From a virus, in the IMG/VR virus record IMGVR_UViG_3300005690_000024, positions 1 through 64,000 of that record: DNA of 64,000 nucleotides; one strand, written 5' to 3'. Within the stretch, counting starts at the first letter, position 1. Each line of letters begins with the position of its first letter. The notes beneath the pieces are model-generated. The model searched no databases. It was not told the DNA's origin and saw nothing but the letters and a program-made list of their open reading frames with translations. Positions 1-8,459 of the stretch are shown here, in pieces. Position numbers and translations under genes: made by a program.

Positions 1-27
1 TTTGGGCCAAATGCTCGTTTGTGTGTT

Positions 28-38
28 GCGTATAGTCA
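28..38 (+). promoter_or_regulatory. CGTATAG motif copy (putative phage promoter), upstream of terminase small subunit
   Basis: GCGTATAGTCA, ~55 nt before ATG 92. Confidence 0.6.
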
Positions 39-91
39 TAATGGTTACGAAGGTGGTTGAAGTTTTGCGATGGTTGCTATACGGGGTGGTC

Positions 92-667
92 ATGTCTCCA
101 AAGGCTCGAAACGACGCGGATTTGAAGAGGATGACGGCTGTTGAGCTGTCCGGTGTAGTTGGCATCGGTGCTACTTCGATCCAGAAATGGAGGGAGTCAC
201 ACGGGACGTTCCCAGAAAGGGACAAAAGTAACCGCTACGCGATACGTGATGTTGTCCTGTGGTGGCTGTGCAACAAGGCACCGAAGGCGTTGATGGAGTC
301 GACATGGGAGAAACTGGGGCAGGAACTCGGGAAGACTTCAGAGCCGGTTGTTGCGTCGGTTGCACCTGTTGGGATGCCATCGAACAGTGGCGGGGCGAGT
401 CAGGAAGAGTTCGAGCGGCACAAGCGGATCATGGAACTGAGGTTGAAGGACGCAAAGTTGCGTGCTCAGTTGGGTGAGTTGATCAGCCTTGAAGCGGTGA
501 AGGATCTGATGCTCGGGTTTGCGAAACAGTTGAGGGAGCGGGAGTTGGTTTTGGAGAAGAAGACTGGGGAACCTGTCTTGGGGACTCTTGAGCCTGCGTT
601 TGATTGGCTGACAGATCGTCTGGCGAAGTTAGAGCCAGCGTCTTCAATGAGTGTGGATGTTGACTAA
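92..667 (+). CDS. Terminase small subunit (Nu1-like, N-terminal HTH)
   Basis: HTH-like N-terminus (MTAVELSGVVGIGATSIQKW...YAIRDVVLWW), helical C-terminus, upstream of GpA-like terL; ATG 92 preferred over track start 2. Confidence 0.65.
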   Translation: MSPKARNDADLKRMTAVELSGVVGIGATSIQKWRESHGTFPERDKSNRYAIRDVVLWWLCNKAPKALMESTWEKLGQELGKTSEPVVASVAPVGMPSNSGGASQEEFERHKRIMELRLKDAKLRAQLGELISLEAVKDLMLGFAKQLRERELVLEKKTGEPVLGTLEPAFDWLTDRLAKLEPASSMSVDVD

Positions 668-687
668 GGTTTTGTGGGGAGTACTTT

Positions 688-918
688 ATGACGATGCCGC
701 ATTTGATGAATTGTGACCATTCTGAAGAGGGGTGGTGCCTTGGATGTGTGAAGAAGCAGTGGGAGGAACTGTGGAAGGAACGAGAAATTCGCGACTACTT
801 GGCACGAGGGGCGGGCATTGTGTGTCATCGGTGTCCTGCCAAGAACGAGTGCGAGGTCGCTTTCGATGGGTATAACGTTGATGTGGAACCGCTAATCGAC
901 TGTCTGGGTGCGAAGTGA
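688..918 (+). CDS. Cys-rich hypothetical protein between terS and terL
   Basis: GGGAG SD; stop overlaps terL start (GTGA). Confidence 0.5.
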   Translation: MTMPHLMNCDHSEEGWCLGCVKKQWEELWKEREIRDYLARGAGIVCHRCPAKNECEVAFDGYNVDVEPLIDCLGAK

Positions 919-2903
919 ACTACGTCGGATCAACTCCTGAGTACGTTTACCTGAACGACATGGTGCTGGAATCGAATCTGGCGAACATGTTGTTGCCGAT
1001 CATTCCGCACATGAAGATCAAGGGGCGAATGCCGATCCTTGACTGGTCTGAGTCGGTGTTTCGGTATCCGACAGGCAAGAGCAAGGGGGAGAAGTACAGT
1101 CGGCGGCATCAACCAGCGACATCTAAGTTTCTGGAGATCGCGGACGATCCGTTTTGGCGTCGGATCACGTTGGTAGCGCCGAACCAGGCGGGGAAGTCGC
1201 TGAGTCTGGTGCAGTTTCTGTGTCACTGCCTGTTCAATATTCAGGAAGACCTGATCTTCGGGGTGCCTGACATCGACAAGATGTGGCAGGCGAAGTGGAA
1301 AAAAGACCTGTTGCCGGTGATTCAGGCCAGTCCGGACCTTCGAAAGTTGCTTCCTGACGAGGGTAGAGGCACGAAAGGCGGGGTTCCGTCGATTGTCCTG
1401 TTCCAGAACGGGCAAAGCTTTCAGGTGATGGGCGCCAAGGCTGGGAGTACTCAGCGATCGGGTTCAACGGCCAGAATCGTGCTCGTGACCGAGTTGAAAG
1501 ACTGGGGAGACACGGACGGGGACGAAGAAGGCACGAAAATGGACCAGTTGGCGAGTCGAACCCTGAGTTATCAGGGCGATGAGCTGCTGTTTGCGGAGTC
1601 AACGATCACCGACACGAAGAATATCGCCTGGACGGAGTTCCTGAAGGGCACGATGTCGATGCCACACTTCGAATGTCCGGGATGTCGGGAGTATATTTCG
1701 CCGGATCGGTGCGATTTGATCGGCTGGCAGGACGCAAAGAGTCAGTTGGAAGCGCGGGAGAAGTCGCGGTTTGCGTGTCCGTGCTGCGGATATGTGATCG
1801 AAGAGGCGCAGAGGAAGCGTCTTTTGCAGGACATGATCGTGCTGCATCACGGTCAGACGGTGGACAATGGCGTGATTGTGGGCGATATGCCGCCTACGAC
1901 GCACTTCAGTTACCGATTCACGGCGTCGACGAACATGTTTGCTGACGCGGGAGCGATCGGGCAAGAGGAATGGGACGTTGCACACGAAAAGGACGTTGGC
2001 AGGAAGGCGTCTAAGGGACGCTGGATCTCGCAGGCGTTGTTTGCCATCCCATCGGATGGATCTGAGTTCGAAGTCGATCCACTGGACGGTAATGCGTTGC
2101 TACAGCGTGTTCGGTCGCCTCAGTTCGGTATGGTTAAGGCTGGTAGCAAGTTCTTGTGCGCTGGCGTGGACGTTCGAAAGACGCAAGTGCACTGGAGTGT
2201 GATGGCGTTTGGCGCTGGAAGTGGACCGCAGGTGGTTCAATGGGGCGTCGAAAGGGTGCTCCAGGACATTCCGTTTGAGGAAGCGTTGAAGATTGCGGGC
2301 ACTCAGTTGCAGCATCGGTTCAGGGAAGGCTTCCACGTTGACGGATCGACGCAAAAGATGAGCGTGTCGTTGACGATGATGGACAGTGGCTGGCAGACGG
2401 ATGCTGTGCGTCATATTTGCGATCAAGACCCGTTTTGGATGTCTGTTATGGGTCGCGGATCGGGCTATTTGAAGAATGCGAAGTACATTTCACCGTCGAA
2501 ATTGAGCAGTTCGGTGCTTTATATTGGCGACAAGATGCATTTGGAGCATGTTGACGGGCATTGGAAGTGCCAATTAGACGCGAATCGGTGGAAAAGTAAG
2601 CTGTATGAGGCGCTTCGATTGCCTCCGGATGACGGGTATTCGCTCACATTTCCGGCCTCTCCAGACGCACTTTTGCGTGAATATGTCGCCCATTTGCTGT
2701 CTGAAAAGCAGGTAATTGAGCAAAAAGGCGGTGAATCGATGATCATATTCGAGGATGCGAGTGGTCCGAACCACTGGTTTGACGCGAGTTACTATGCGTG
2801 GGCGGCAAAAACGGTGCATGAGTTCATGCTGAGCCTGTACGTCGAGGAAGAGATTATTGAAGAACCTTCGAAAAAGCATGTGAATGGTCCATTGTTTGGC
2901 TGA
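915..2903 (+). CDS. terL: Terminase large subunit, lambda GpA family
   Basis: Walker A-like APNQAGKS; degenerate Walker B; Zn-ribbon CPGC...CPCC; nuclease motifs AGVDVRK, MDSG, NHWFD. Confidence 0.9.
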   Translation: MNYVGSTPEYVYLNDMVLESNLANMLLPIIPHMKIKGRMPILDWSESVFRYPTGKSKGEKYSRRHQPATSKFLEIADDPFWRRITLVAPNQAGKSLSLVQFLCHCLFNIQEDLIFGVPDIDKMWQAKWKKDLLPVIQASPDLRKLLPDEGRGTKGGVPSIVLFQNGQSFQVMGAKAGSTQRSGSTARIVLVTELKDWGDTDGDEEGTKMDQLASRTLSYQGDELLFAESTITDTKNIAWTEFLKGTMSMPHFECPGCREYISPDRCDLIGWQDAKSQLEAREKSRFACPCCGYVIEEAQRKRLLQDMIVLHHGQTVDNGVIVGDMPPTTHFSYRFTASTNMFADAGAIGQEEWDVAHEKDVGRKASKGRWISQALFAIPSDGSEFEVDPLDGNALLQRVRSPQFGMVKAGSKFLCAGVDVRKTQVHWSVMAFGAGSGPQVVQWGVERVLQDIPFEEALKIAGTQLQHRFREGFHVDGSTQKMSVSLTMMDSGWQTDAVRHICDQDPFWMSVMGRGSGYLKNAKYISPSKLSSSVLYIGDKMHLEHVDGHWKCQLDANRWKSKLYEALRLPPDDGYSLTFPASPDALLREYVAHLLSEKQVIEQKGGESMIIFEDASGPNHWFDASYYAWAAKTVHEFMLSLYVEEEIIEEPSKKHVNGPLFG

Positions 2904-2909
2904 TTCCTT

Positions 2910-2923
2910 GCGTATAGGTACTG
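2910..2923 (+). promoter_or_regulatory. CGTATAG motif copy
   Basis: GCGTATAGGTACTG just after the terL stop. Confidence 0.65.
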
Positions 2924-2942
2924 AGGCGGGTATTCTGTTGGG

Positions 2943-2969
2943 CAACAGTGGAATAACTGTTCTCTGTTG
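2943..2969. repeat. Short intergenic repeat A (AACAG-N7/8-CTGTT...GTTG)
   Basis: CAACAGTGGAATAACTGTTCTCTGTTG; related copies at 3577 and 3947. Confidence 0.7.
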
Positions 2970-2996
2970 GCTGGAATTGAAGTTAAAAGGCTCGTT

Positions 2997-3575
2997 ATGA
3001 ACTACGGAACGATCGTTGCCGATCCACCCTGGGAATACAAAACACCAGGGCAGATTGGGAAAACTCTGGAGCATCGCCCTAATCGAGACAAAGGCGAATC
3101 GAGGCACGGCGCAGGGAGTGTGGCGCGATATGGGGCAATGTCACTTGACTCGCTCAAAGCACTTTCGGTTGCAGCTATTGCAGCCGAAAGTGCACATTTG
3201 TACCTATGGACGACCAACACGTTCATGGAGCCTGCATTCTCAGTGGCTCGGGCATGGGGATTTGATCCAAAGACGATTCTGACTTGGACAAAAATTAAGT
3301 CGGACGGAACCCCGTCAATGAAAATGGGGTTTTATTATCGTGGCGCGACGGAGCATTGTTTGTTTTGTGTGCGCGGCAGATTGAGGCTCGCTGGGCCTGC
3401 GGCATCAACAGCAATCCTGACTTCCAGAACTCCGCACAGCGTAAAGCCGGATGCATTTTATTCACTCGTGGAACTGCAAAGCCCTGGTCCTCGATTGGAT
3501 ATGTTTGCAAGACGGCATCGTGTCGGGTGGGACGTCTGGGGCAATGAGATTGAGTCGTCTGTGGTTTTGGCGTGA
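2997..3575 (+). CDS. MT-A70 family adenine methyltransferase
   Basis: IVADPPW catalytic motif; HLYLWTTN, HSVKP, LDMFAR motifs. Confidence 0.9.
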   Translation: MNYGTIVADPPWEYKTPGQIGKTLEHRPNRDKGESRHGAGSVARYGAMSLDSLKALSVAAIAAESAHLYLWTTNTFMEPAFSVARAWGFDPKTILTWTKIKSDGTPSMKMGFYYRGATEHCLFCVRGRLRLAGPAASTAILTSRTPHSVKPDAFYSLVELQSPGPRLDMFARRHRVGWDVWGNEIESSVVLA

Positions 3576-3576
3576 T

Positions 3577-3603
3577 CAACAGCGAATAACTGTTCCTTTG
3601 TTG
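3577..3603. repeat. Short intergenic repeat B
   Basis: CAACAGCGAATAACTGTTCCTTTGTTG directly after the MTase stop. Confidence 0.7.
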
Positions 3604-3613
3604 GTGGGGTATC

Positions 3614-3949
3614 ATGAGTTTCAAGCATGTGATTGAATGGAACAGGGAGCATCTGGCGTATTACGCGGAGACACCACTGACGGGAGGTTACATCCACGGA
3701 CGCGGTGGCAATCAGTCTGGCCATTGCGAAGACTACTGTGAAACGCTGATCAAAGATGATGATCTTGTGACTTACGTGAAGCCGCTCGGCAGAGAGTGCA
3801 AAACTATCGGCGATGTCATAGAGGCACTTCAGAAAGAGGCAGGCGAGTACCGTCGCAGTATGAATGTCCTGGATCAGATCATCTCAGAACTTTCCGCGTG
3901 CGATAAATCGGCGATGCTTACGGACAGGTATGCAAAGCGAACCGAGTGA
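3614..3949 (+). CDS. Hypothetical protein
   Basis: SD and ATG; flanked by repeats B and C. Confidence 0.6.
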   Translation: MSFKHVIEWNREHLAYYAETPLTGGYIHGRGGNQSGHCEDYCETLIKDDDLVTYVKPLGRECKTIGDVIEALQKEAGEYRRSMNVLDQIISELSACDKSAMLTDRYAKRTE

Positions 3950-3978
3950 CAGCGAATCACTGTTCAGGTCTTGTGTTG
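3947..3978. repeat. Short intergenic repeat C (degenerate)
   Basis: TGACAGCGAATCACTGTTC overlapping the stop codon. Confidence 0.55.
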
Positions 3979-4001
3979 CAATATTGGTGGAGTACTAAGG
4001 T

Positions 4002-4241
4002 ATGGGTGTGTTGGCGTGTGACAGGGCAGGCTGTGAAAACATCATGTGCGATATTTTGGTTGATAACCAGTATGTCTGCAATAAGTGTGCAAACGAGTTT
4101 CGGTCGCTGATGGGTGATGGGTCAACGACTCTTCGTGAGATGGGTTTAGCGTTCGATTCGTTCATGGATAGCAAAAAACCAAATTACGTCAGCGATGTGA
4201 TCGTGAACGTCGATGAGTTTCTTCGGCCAATGGGAAGATGA
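4002..4241 (+). CDS. Cys-rich hypothetical protein
   Basis: GGAG SD; CxxxxC and CxxC motifs. Confidence 0.55.
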   Translation: MGVLACDRAGCENIMCDILVDNQYVCNKCANEFRSLMGDGSTTLREMGLAFDSFMDSKKPNYVSDVIVNVDEFLRPMGR

Positions 4242-4243
4242 GT

Positions 4244-4468
4244 CTGGTTTGTCGGGAGCACACGATTCATTGAGGGTGTCGCGCCACTAAGGCGTAGCGA
4301 TGGGTGACAGTGACTGTTGAAATGCGATTGGGCACAGTCACGAAGATGCCGACTGCCAACGCTTGTTGTTTTGTCAGCAAGTAGCCCGACTCCATGCGGG
4401 GCAGATTCGATCGGGCAGCCACATATTGCAGACGAGCGACCTGAGATCGTGTGTTCCGGACAGATCAG
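4244..4468 (+). ncRNA. Candidate structured ncRNA or cis-regulatory RNA (unassigned family)
   Basis: 4244-4267 pairs with 4445-4468 (23 of 24 bp counting G-U); internal hairpins 4281-4295, 4310-4341, 4361-4382, 4384-4416. Confidence 0.5.
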
Positions 4469-4520
4469 TTTGTGGAGGGTTTTATGTGGGAATGGATTTG
4501 GGATTGCGACAGGCGATTTG

Positions 4521-4727
4521 ATGACATCCGATGGTCAAGAGTTCGATTCGGCGTACGTTCTGGGCGTGCTTGGCGTAATGTTAAAGCCATGCCCGTGCTG
4601 TGGGGCAGAGGCACGAATACAGAAAATGGGGATCATGTGCCCGAAGTGTAATCTTCAGATGCCGTTTGGTCATGTTTCTATTGTTGGAAGATTAGTTGAG
4701 CGATGGAACTCGCGAGTCAAGGAGTGA
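4521..4727 (+). CDS. Lar (restriction alleviation)-like Zn-finger protein
   Basis: LKPCPCCG...CPKC...WNSR pattern; start uncertain. Confidence 0.5.
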   Translation: MTSDGQEFDSAYVLGVLGVMLKPCPCCGAEARIQKMGIMCPKCNLQMPFGHVSIVGRLVERWNSRVKE

Positions 4728-4731
4728 TCAG

Positions 4732-4929
4732 ATGGGTGAGCGTTTTCTTTCATATTTATTGTGGTTGGCAACCTGCTTCTTTATTTTGCGTGCTATTCAC
4801 ATGCTGTGGACTACACAGGGTGGAACAGACATCATGCCAATAGTGGGCATGTTCGCGGCGGTTCGCGATGGTGTGGTTGCGTTTGTATTGTTCCTGGTCG
4901 GCGTTCTACTTTTGCCAACTGGCAAGTGA
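4732..4929 (+). CDS. Small two-TM membrane protein
   Basis: Two hydrophobic segments; GGAG SD. Confidence 0.55.
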   Translation: MGERFLSYLLWLATCFFILRAIHMLWTTQGGTDIMPIVGMFAAVRDGVVAFVLFLVGVLLLPTGK

Positions 4930-4967
4930 TCTAGTTTCTTGTTTGGTAGTTTGTTTACAGGGAGTTT

Positions 4968-5270
4968 GTGATGCTTAGTATCAAGAAGAAGTCGAGTGGC
5001 GAATACACAGAAGTGTCGGGCTCGTCAGCCGAGGTGATGATGTTTTACTGCTTCTGGCAGTCGCATCAGTGGCCAGCATGGGCGGAGCACTCCAAGATTG
5101 GCAGTGAAGGCGATCCTGCGACGATGGAGTGGAAGGCAGTGATTGACTCCATCAAGGATGGTCGTCCTCTGTTGATGATGTTCGAGAAGTCGTGTGACTT
5201 CGCAGCCGAGAAGATGCGGGCTCTTGGTGTCAGGGTCGTTTCAGTGAGTCCAGTAAACCAGAAGGTGTAG
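4968..5270 (+). CDS. Hypothetical protein
   Basis: GGGAG SD; part of tightly packed + strand ORF chain. Confidence 0.55.
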   Translation: MMLSIKKKSSGEYTEVSGSSAEVMMFYCFWQSHQWPAWAEHSKIGSEGDPATMEWKAVIDSIKDGRPLLMMFEKSCDFAAEKMRALGVRVVSVSPVNQKV

Positions 5271-5273
5271 TCG

Positions 5274-5498
5274 ATGCCGTGCTCAGTTTCAAAAGAAGAG
5301 GAAGAGTTCTACGAGAAGTCGAACAACAAGAAGTTGTATGGTCTCAAAGAACTGTCGTCACGTATAACCGAGCGTGTTGCATGTGAGCTTTCGCGTCTGA
5401 TTGAAGATGCGGGGTTTCAGTCCAAGTTGAGCAGTGTCGCTGTGAAGTGGATTGAGCGTCACAAGGAAGAAGATGCCAAGCGTGGGGCTAAGAAGTAA
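5274..5498 (+). CDS. Hypothetical protein
   Basis: Abutting ORF chain; TAATG coupling to next gene. Confidence 0.55.
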   Translation: MPCSVSKEEEEFYEKSNNKKLYGLKELSSRITERVACELSRLIEDAGFQSKLSSVAVKWIERHKEEDAKRGAKK

Positions 5499-5737
5499 TG
5501 AGTCGAAAGAAGGTATTTGTTCTCACGGCAGTGCATGACCACGAAGGAACTGATCTCGTGGGCGTGTATGCGACACGGAAAGGTGCCGAAGACGAGCGCG
5601 ACCGACAAGAGAAACTGAAGAAGCGTGTGCGAAAGCGATGGGAGAACTGGGACGGCGAGAGTGAGATCAAGTCCTGTTCACCGTTCGAAAACTGTGACTG
5701 GTTCAGCATTGAAGAGACGTACTTGAAGGGTCTGTAA
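5498..5737 (+). CDS. Hypothetical protein (DUF7336-like VGVYATxxxA pattern)
   Basis: Translational coupling with upstream stop. Confidence 0.5.
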   Translation: MSRKKVFVLTAVHDHEGTDLVGVYATRKGAEDERDRQEKLKKRVRKRWENWDGESEIKSCSPFENCDWFSIEETYLKGL

Positions 5738-5923
5738 GTGAAGAAGAAGTTCATTGTCTACATTGGACAGGTCAATCAGTCGTCCGTCGAAGTCTATGCC
5801 GAGGACGAGAGTGAAGCGAGGGAGAAAGGTTACGCAAAGTGGCGTCGTGAAAATGCCCATACTCCAGTGACTTACGTGGAAGAGTGCGATAGCGTCGATG
5901 AAACATCAGAAGGGTGTAAGTGA
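5738..5923 (+). CDS. Hypothetical protein
   Basis: Abutting ORF chain. Confidence 0.5.
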   Translation: MKKKFIVYIGQVNQSSVEVYAEDESEAREKGYAKWRRENAHTPVTYVEECDSVDETSEGCK

Positions 5924-6105
5924 TGTCAAAGTTTGATCAGCCTTACCGAGTGTTTGAGACGCAGTGCTACCCAGCATCGTTCAAAGTTGGGCGGTTCGAG
6001 GAAGACGACAACGCGACACTGAACTACTTCAGATTAAGAAGTGATGCGGAGGCAGAGTGTGTTCGAAGGAATTGTGTCAATGGTATATCTAAAGGGTGCA
6101 AGTAA
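5923..6105 (+). CDS. Hypothetical protein
   Basis: Abutting ORF chain. Confidence 0.45.
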   Translation: MSKFDQPYRVFETQCYPASFKVGRFEEDDNATLNYFRLRSDAEAECVRRNCVNGISKGCK

Positions 6106-6341
6106 TGTCGAGCAATAATTCAGTGCAGTTTCAGGTGAAGATCACGGGTGTTCCAGAGTTCTGTCTGAGTGCTTCGGAGGCGAGTCGTCTGGTGAAAGAG
6201 CTGGAAGGCGCAATCGTTGCCGAGCATAATCGGAACATCGAGCAGTCTGTTGCGGCGAATAACACCGAGGGCTTCACCGACGTGTTTCGACACCTGCCTA
6301 AGAAGGCAGAGAAGACTGTGACAGTAACTTGCATTCGGTAG
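6105..6341 (+). CDS. Hypothetical protein
   Basis: TAATG coupling. Confidence 0.5.
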   Translation: MSSNNSVQFQVKITGVPEFCLSASEASRLVKELEGAIVAEHNRNIEQSVAANNTEGFTDVFRHLPKKAEKTVTVTCIR

Positions 6342-6718
6342 TCATTCCGGGAGCGGTCGTGGGGCGTTACGACGAAGACGATGATTCAGGATGCCCTGAA
6401 TGTGGATCACACTGCTTGCGGCGTGTGGAGGGTCCAGACGCGCGTTCAATCGGTGTGAAAGAGATCGACCTGACAAGGTCTGGCTACTATGTTTGCGAGA
6501 AATGTATGACAGAGCATTACGCGGAGTTTGAGAAGCCAAAGCCGAAGTCGCCAGCCGAGCACTTGCCAGGGTTCTCGCCGACAGCACAGTGCCCGCATTG
6601 CAAGAGTTACGAGACCAGTGTTCGGTACATCTACGTTGTGGGTGACACGCGGACTCATAGGTGCAAATCATGCGACAAGAGTTTCAAAACCCGTATTCTG
6701 GATCGTGGCGATGACTGA
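6329..6718 (+). CDS. Double Zn-ribbon protein
   Basis: CPECG...CEKC and CPHC...CKSC motifs. Confidence 0.55.
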   Translation: MHSVVIPGAVVGRYDEDDDSGCPECGSHCLRRVEGPDARSIGVKEIDLTRSGYYVCEKCMTEHYAEFEKPKPKSPAEHLPGFSPTAQCPHCKSYETSVRYIYVVGDTRTHRCKSCDKSFKTRILDRGDD

Positions 6719-6980
6719 TCAACGGCTTCATGAAATTACGGCGGGCTATGTGCGGGCGATTCTGGAACCGTGGCTGCAACTGCACTACGGACCACGATGC
6801 GATGAGTTCGAGTTTGGTTGCGAGTGCTGCATTCGCTGGAAGATGACCGACGAACTTCTCGCAATCGACCGTATAGGCACCCCGGAAGACCTGAAGAAAG
6901 AGATTGAGACGCTGAGAGAGTGTCTGCGGTGGCGTGAGGAACTGTTTGAGAGACTGAGTGACAACAAGAAGGAGTGTTGA
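6711..6980 (+). CDS. Hypothetical protein
   Basis: ATG overlaps upstream stop. Confidence 0.5.
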   Translation: MTDQRLHEITAGYVRAILEPWLQLHYGPRCDEFEFGCECCIRWKMTDELLAIDRIGTPEDLKKEIETLRECLRWREELFERLSDNKKEC

Positions 6981-7295
6981 ATGGCTATCGGATCGTGGGT
7001 GAAGTCGTTGTTCAGCAAGTTGGATCACAATTTCGAAGATCCAGAATCGCCAGTCTGCGATACGCAGGAGATCGAACTTCCTGTGATGTCAGTCTGGTTC
7101 CAGGGCGGTCAGGTTCTCAAGGTCGACGAGCGATCGGAGTTTCATCTGACGATCAGCGACTACCGTACGATGTCTTCACTGAAGAGTCGTGAGCGAGCAT
7201 CATTGATAACCGTGCATGATGGTGAAGTGGTTCATGAGTCGGTCTGGATTGGCCCATCGTGGAAAGAGAACTTTAACTTCAGCATAATTCACTAA
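6981..7295 (+). CDS. Hypothetical protein
   Basis: GGAG SD; ORF chain. Confidence 0.5.
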   Translation: MAIGSWVKSLFSKLDHNFEDPESPVCDTQEIELPVMSVWFQGGQVLKVDERSEFHLTISDYRTMSSLKSRERASLITVHDGEVVHESVWIGPSWKENFNFSIIH

Positions 7296-7309
7296 GCAAG
7301 GATGTGGGA

Positions 7310-7840
7310 ATGACGGCGATCAATCCACAGGATCACATTGGTCTGGCCCGCAAAGCAGCTCGGTCTGCGGCAAGGCGAGACAAGATCCCTGTAGAGGATA
7401 CAGATGAGTTCAGTGTTGCGATGCTCGGAATTGTGGCAGCCGCGCAGAACTACAAGTCGAGCAGAAAGTGTAAGTTTTCCACATACGCTCACCCGTGGAT
7501 AAAGGGTGCCATTGCACGGCTACACGAGGTCAAGAACCGTCAGTTGTCGAAGATCCAGCGTATAGGTGCTGTCGATGTGTCTGTAATCGCAGCCACAGGC
7601 AGCAATCCCGCAAGAGAAGCGGAGATGAGTGAGGAGATCGCTGAACTGCGGATGCAGATACGGGCACTTCCGTATGAACAGCGTCTTCTGATCGGAATGC
7701 GGCTGGCTGGCATGAATATGCGTGAGATCAGTGAAGTGATGGATGTTCGAACAAAGCGTGCTCAACAAATTGAGTTGTTGGCGATGATGGCGTTGCGGGA
7801 TGCGATGCAAAAGAAGTTTCCTAGAGAGAGCGAATTTTAA
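7310..7840 (+). CDS. Sigma70-like factor 1 (regions 2 and 4 only)
   Basis: Region 2-like AMLGIVAAAQNY...KFSTYAHPWIKGAI; region 4 HTH MNMREISEVMDVRTKRAQQIE. Confidence 0.75.
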   Translation: MTAINPQDHIGLARKAARSAARRDKIPVEDTDEFSVAMLGIVAAAQNYKSSRKCKFSTYAHPWIKGAIARLHEVKNRQLSKIQRIGAVDVSVIAATGSNPAREAEMSEEIAELRMQIRALPYEQRLLIGMRLAGMNMREISEVMDVRTKRAQQIELLAMMALRDAMQKKFPRESEF

Positions 7841-8442
7841 TGTCTGTTGAAGAACAGGTTGAAGAGAATACTGATCCGAGTGCCCATGTGAAGTTGGCGT
7901 TGAGTATCGCATCGGAGGTGTTGAAGAAGTTTGACCCGCGTGCATACCCGTCAGATCACGACATGTTCGGTGAAGCCATGCTGGGGCTCGTGCTGGCGTC
8001 GAAAGACTATGACCCAGAGAAGAGGTCGTTCGCGACATGGGCGCAGTACAAGATACGAGGGCGAATCGGCATCTATGCCGAGAAGGAACTTGCGTACAGG
8101 AAGAGGCGAAGTGAACTGGATTCGCTGGAGTTGATATTGTCGCCTGGTTCTGGTGGTGAGTTCGGGGACGATGACGATCTTGTGAAGATGAGTGCCAAGA
8201 AGAGACGCAAGTTGAGTGCGGATACTTGGAGTGAAGAGGATCGGGCAGACTTACGTGATGCGATCGAGCATGTGGGCGGTATGGAGGCGGTCGTGTTGAA
8301 GGCGAGGATGGACAATCACACTTTGGCTGAGATTGGCGCCGAGTACAACATCACCCGAGAGCGTGTCCGTCAGATCGAGAAGCAAGGGATTGAGATGACA
8401 CGGGCGCGTGTTGGGCTGCAGAGTGGCGAAGTGTGGGCGTGA
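7840..8442 (+). CDS. Sigma70-like factor 2 (regions 2 and 4 only)
   Basis: DMFGEAMLGLVLASKDYDPEKRSFATWAQYKIRGRI (2.2-2.4); HTLAEIGAEYNITRERVRQIE (4.2). Confidence 0.85.
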   Translation: MSVEEQVEENTDPSAHVKLALSIASEVLKKFDPRAYPSDHDMFGEAMLGLVLASKDYDPEKRSFATWAQYKIRGRIGIYAEKELAYRKRRSELDSLELILSPGSGGEFGDDDDLVKMSAKKRRKLSADTWSEEDRADLRDAIEHVGGMEAVVLKARMDNHTLAEIGAEYNITRERVRQIEKQGIEMTRARVGLQSGEVWA

Positions 8443-8459
8443 TGTTCAGTTTTTAAGGG

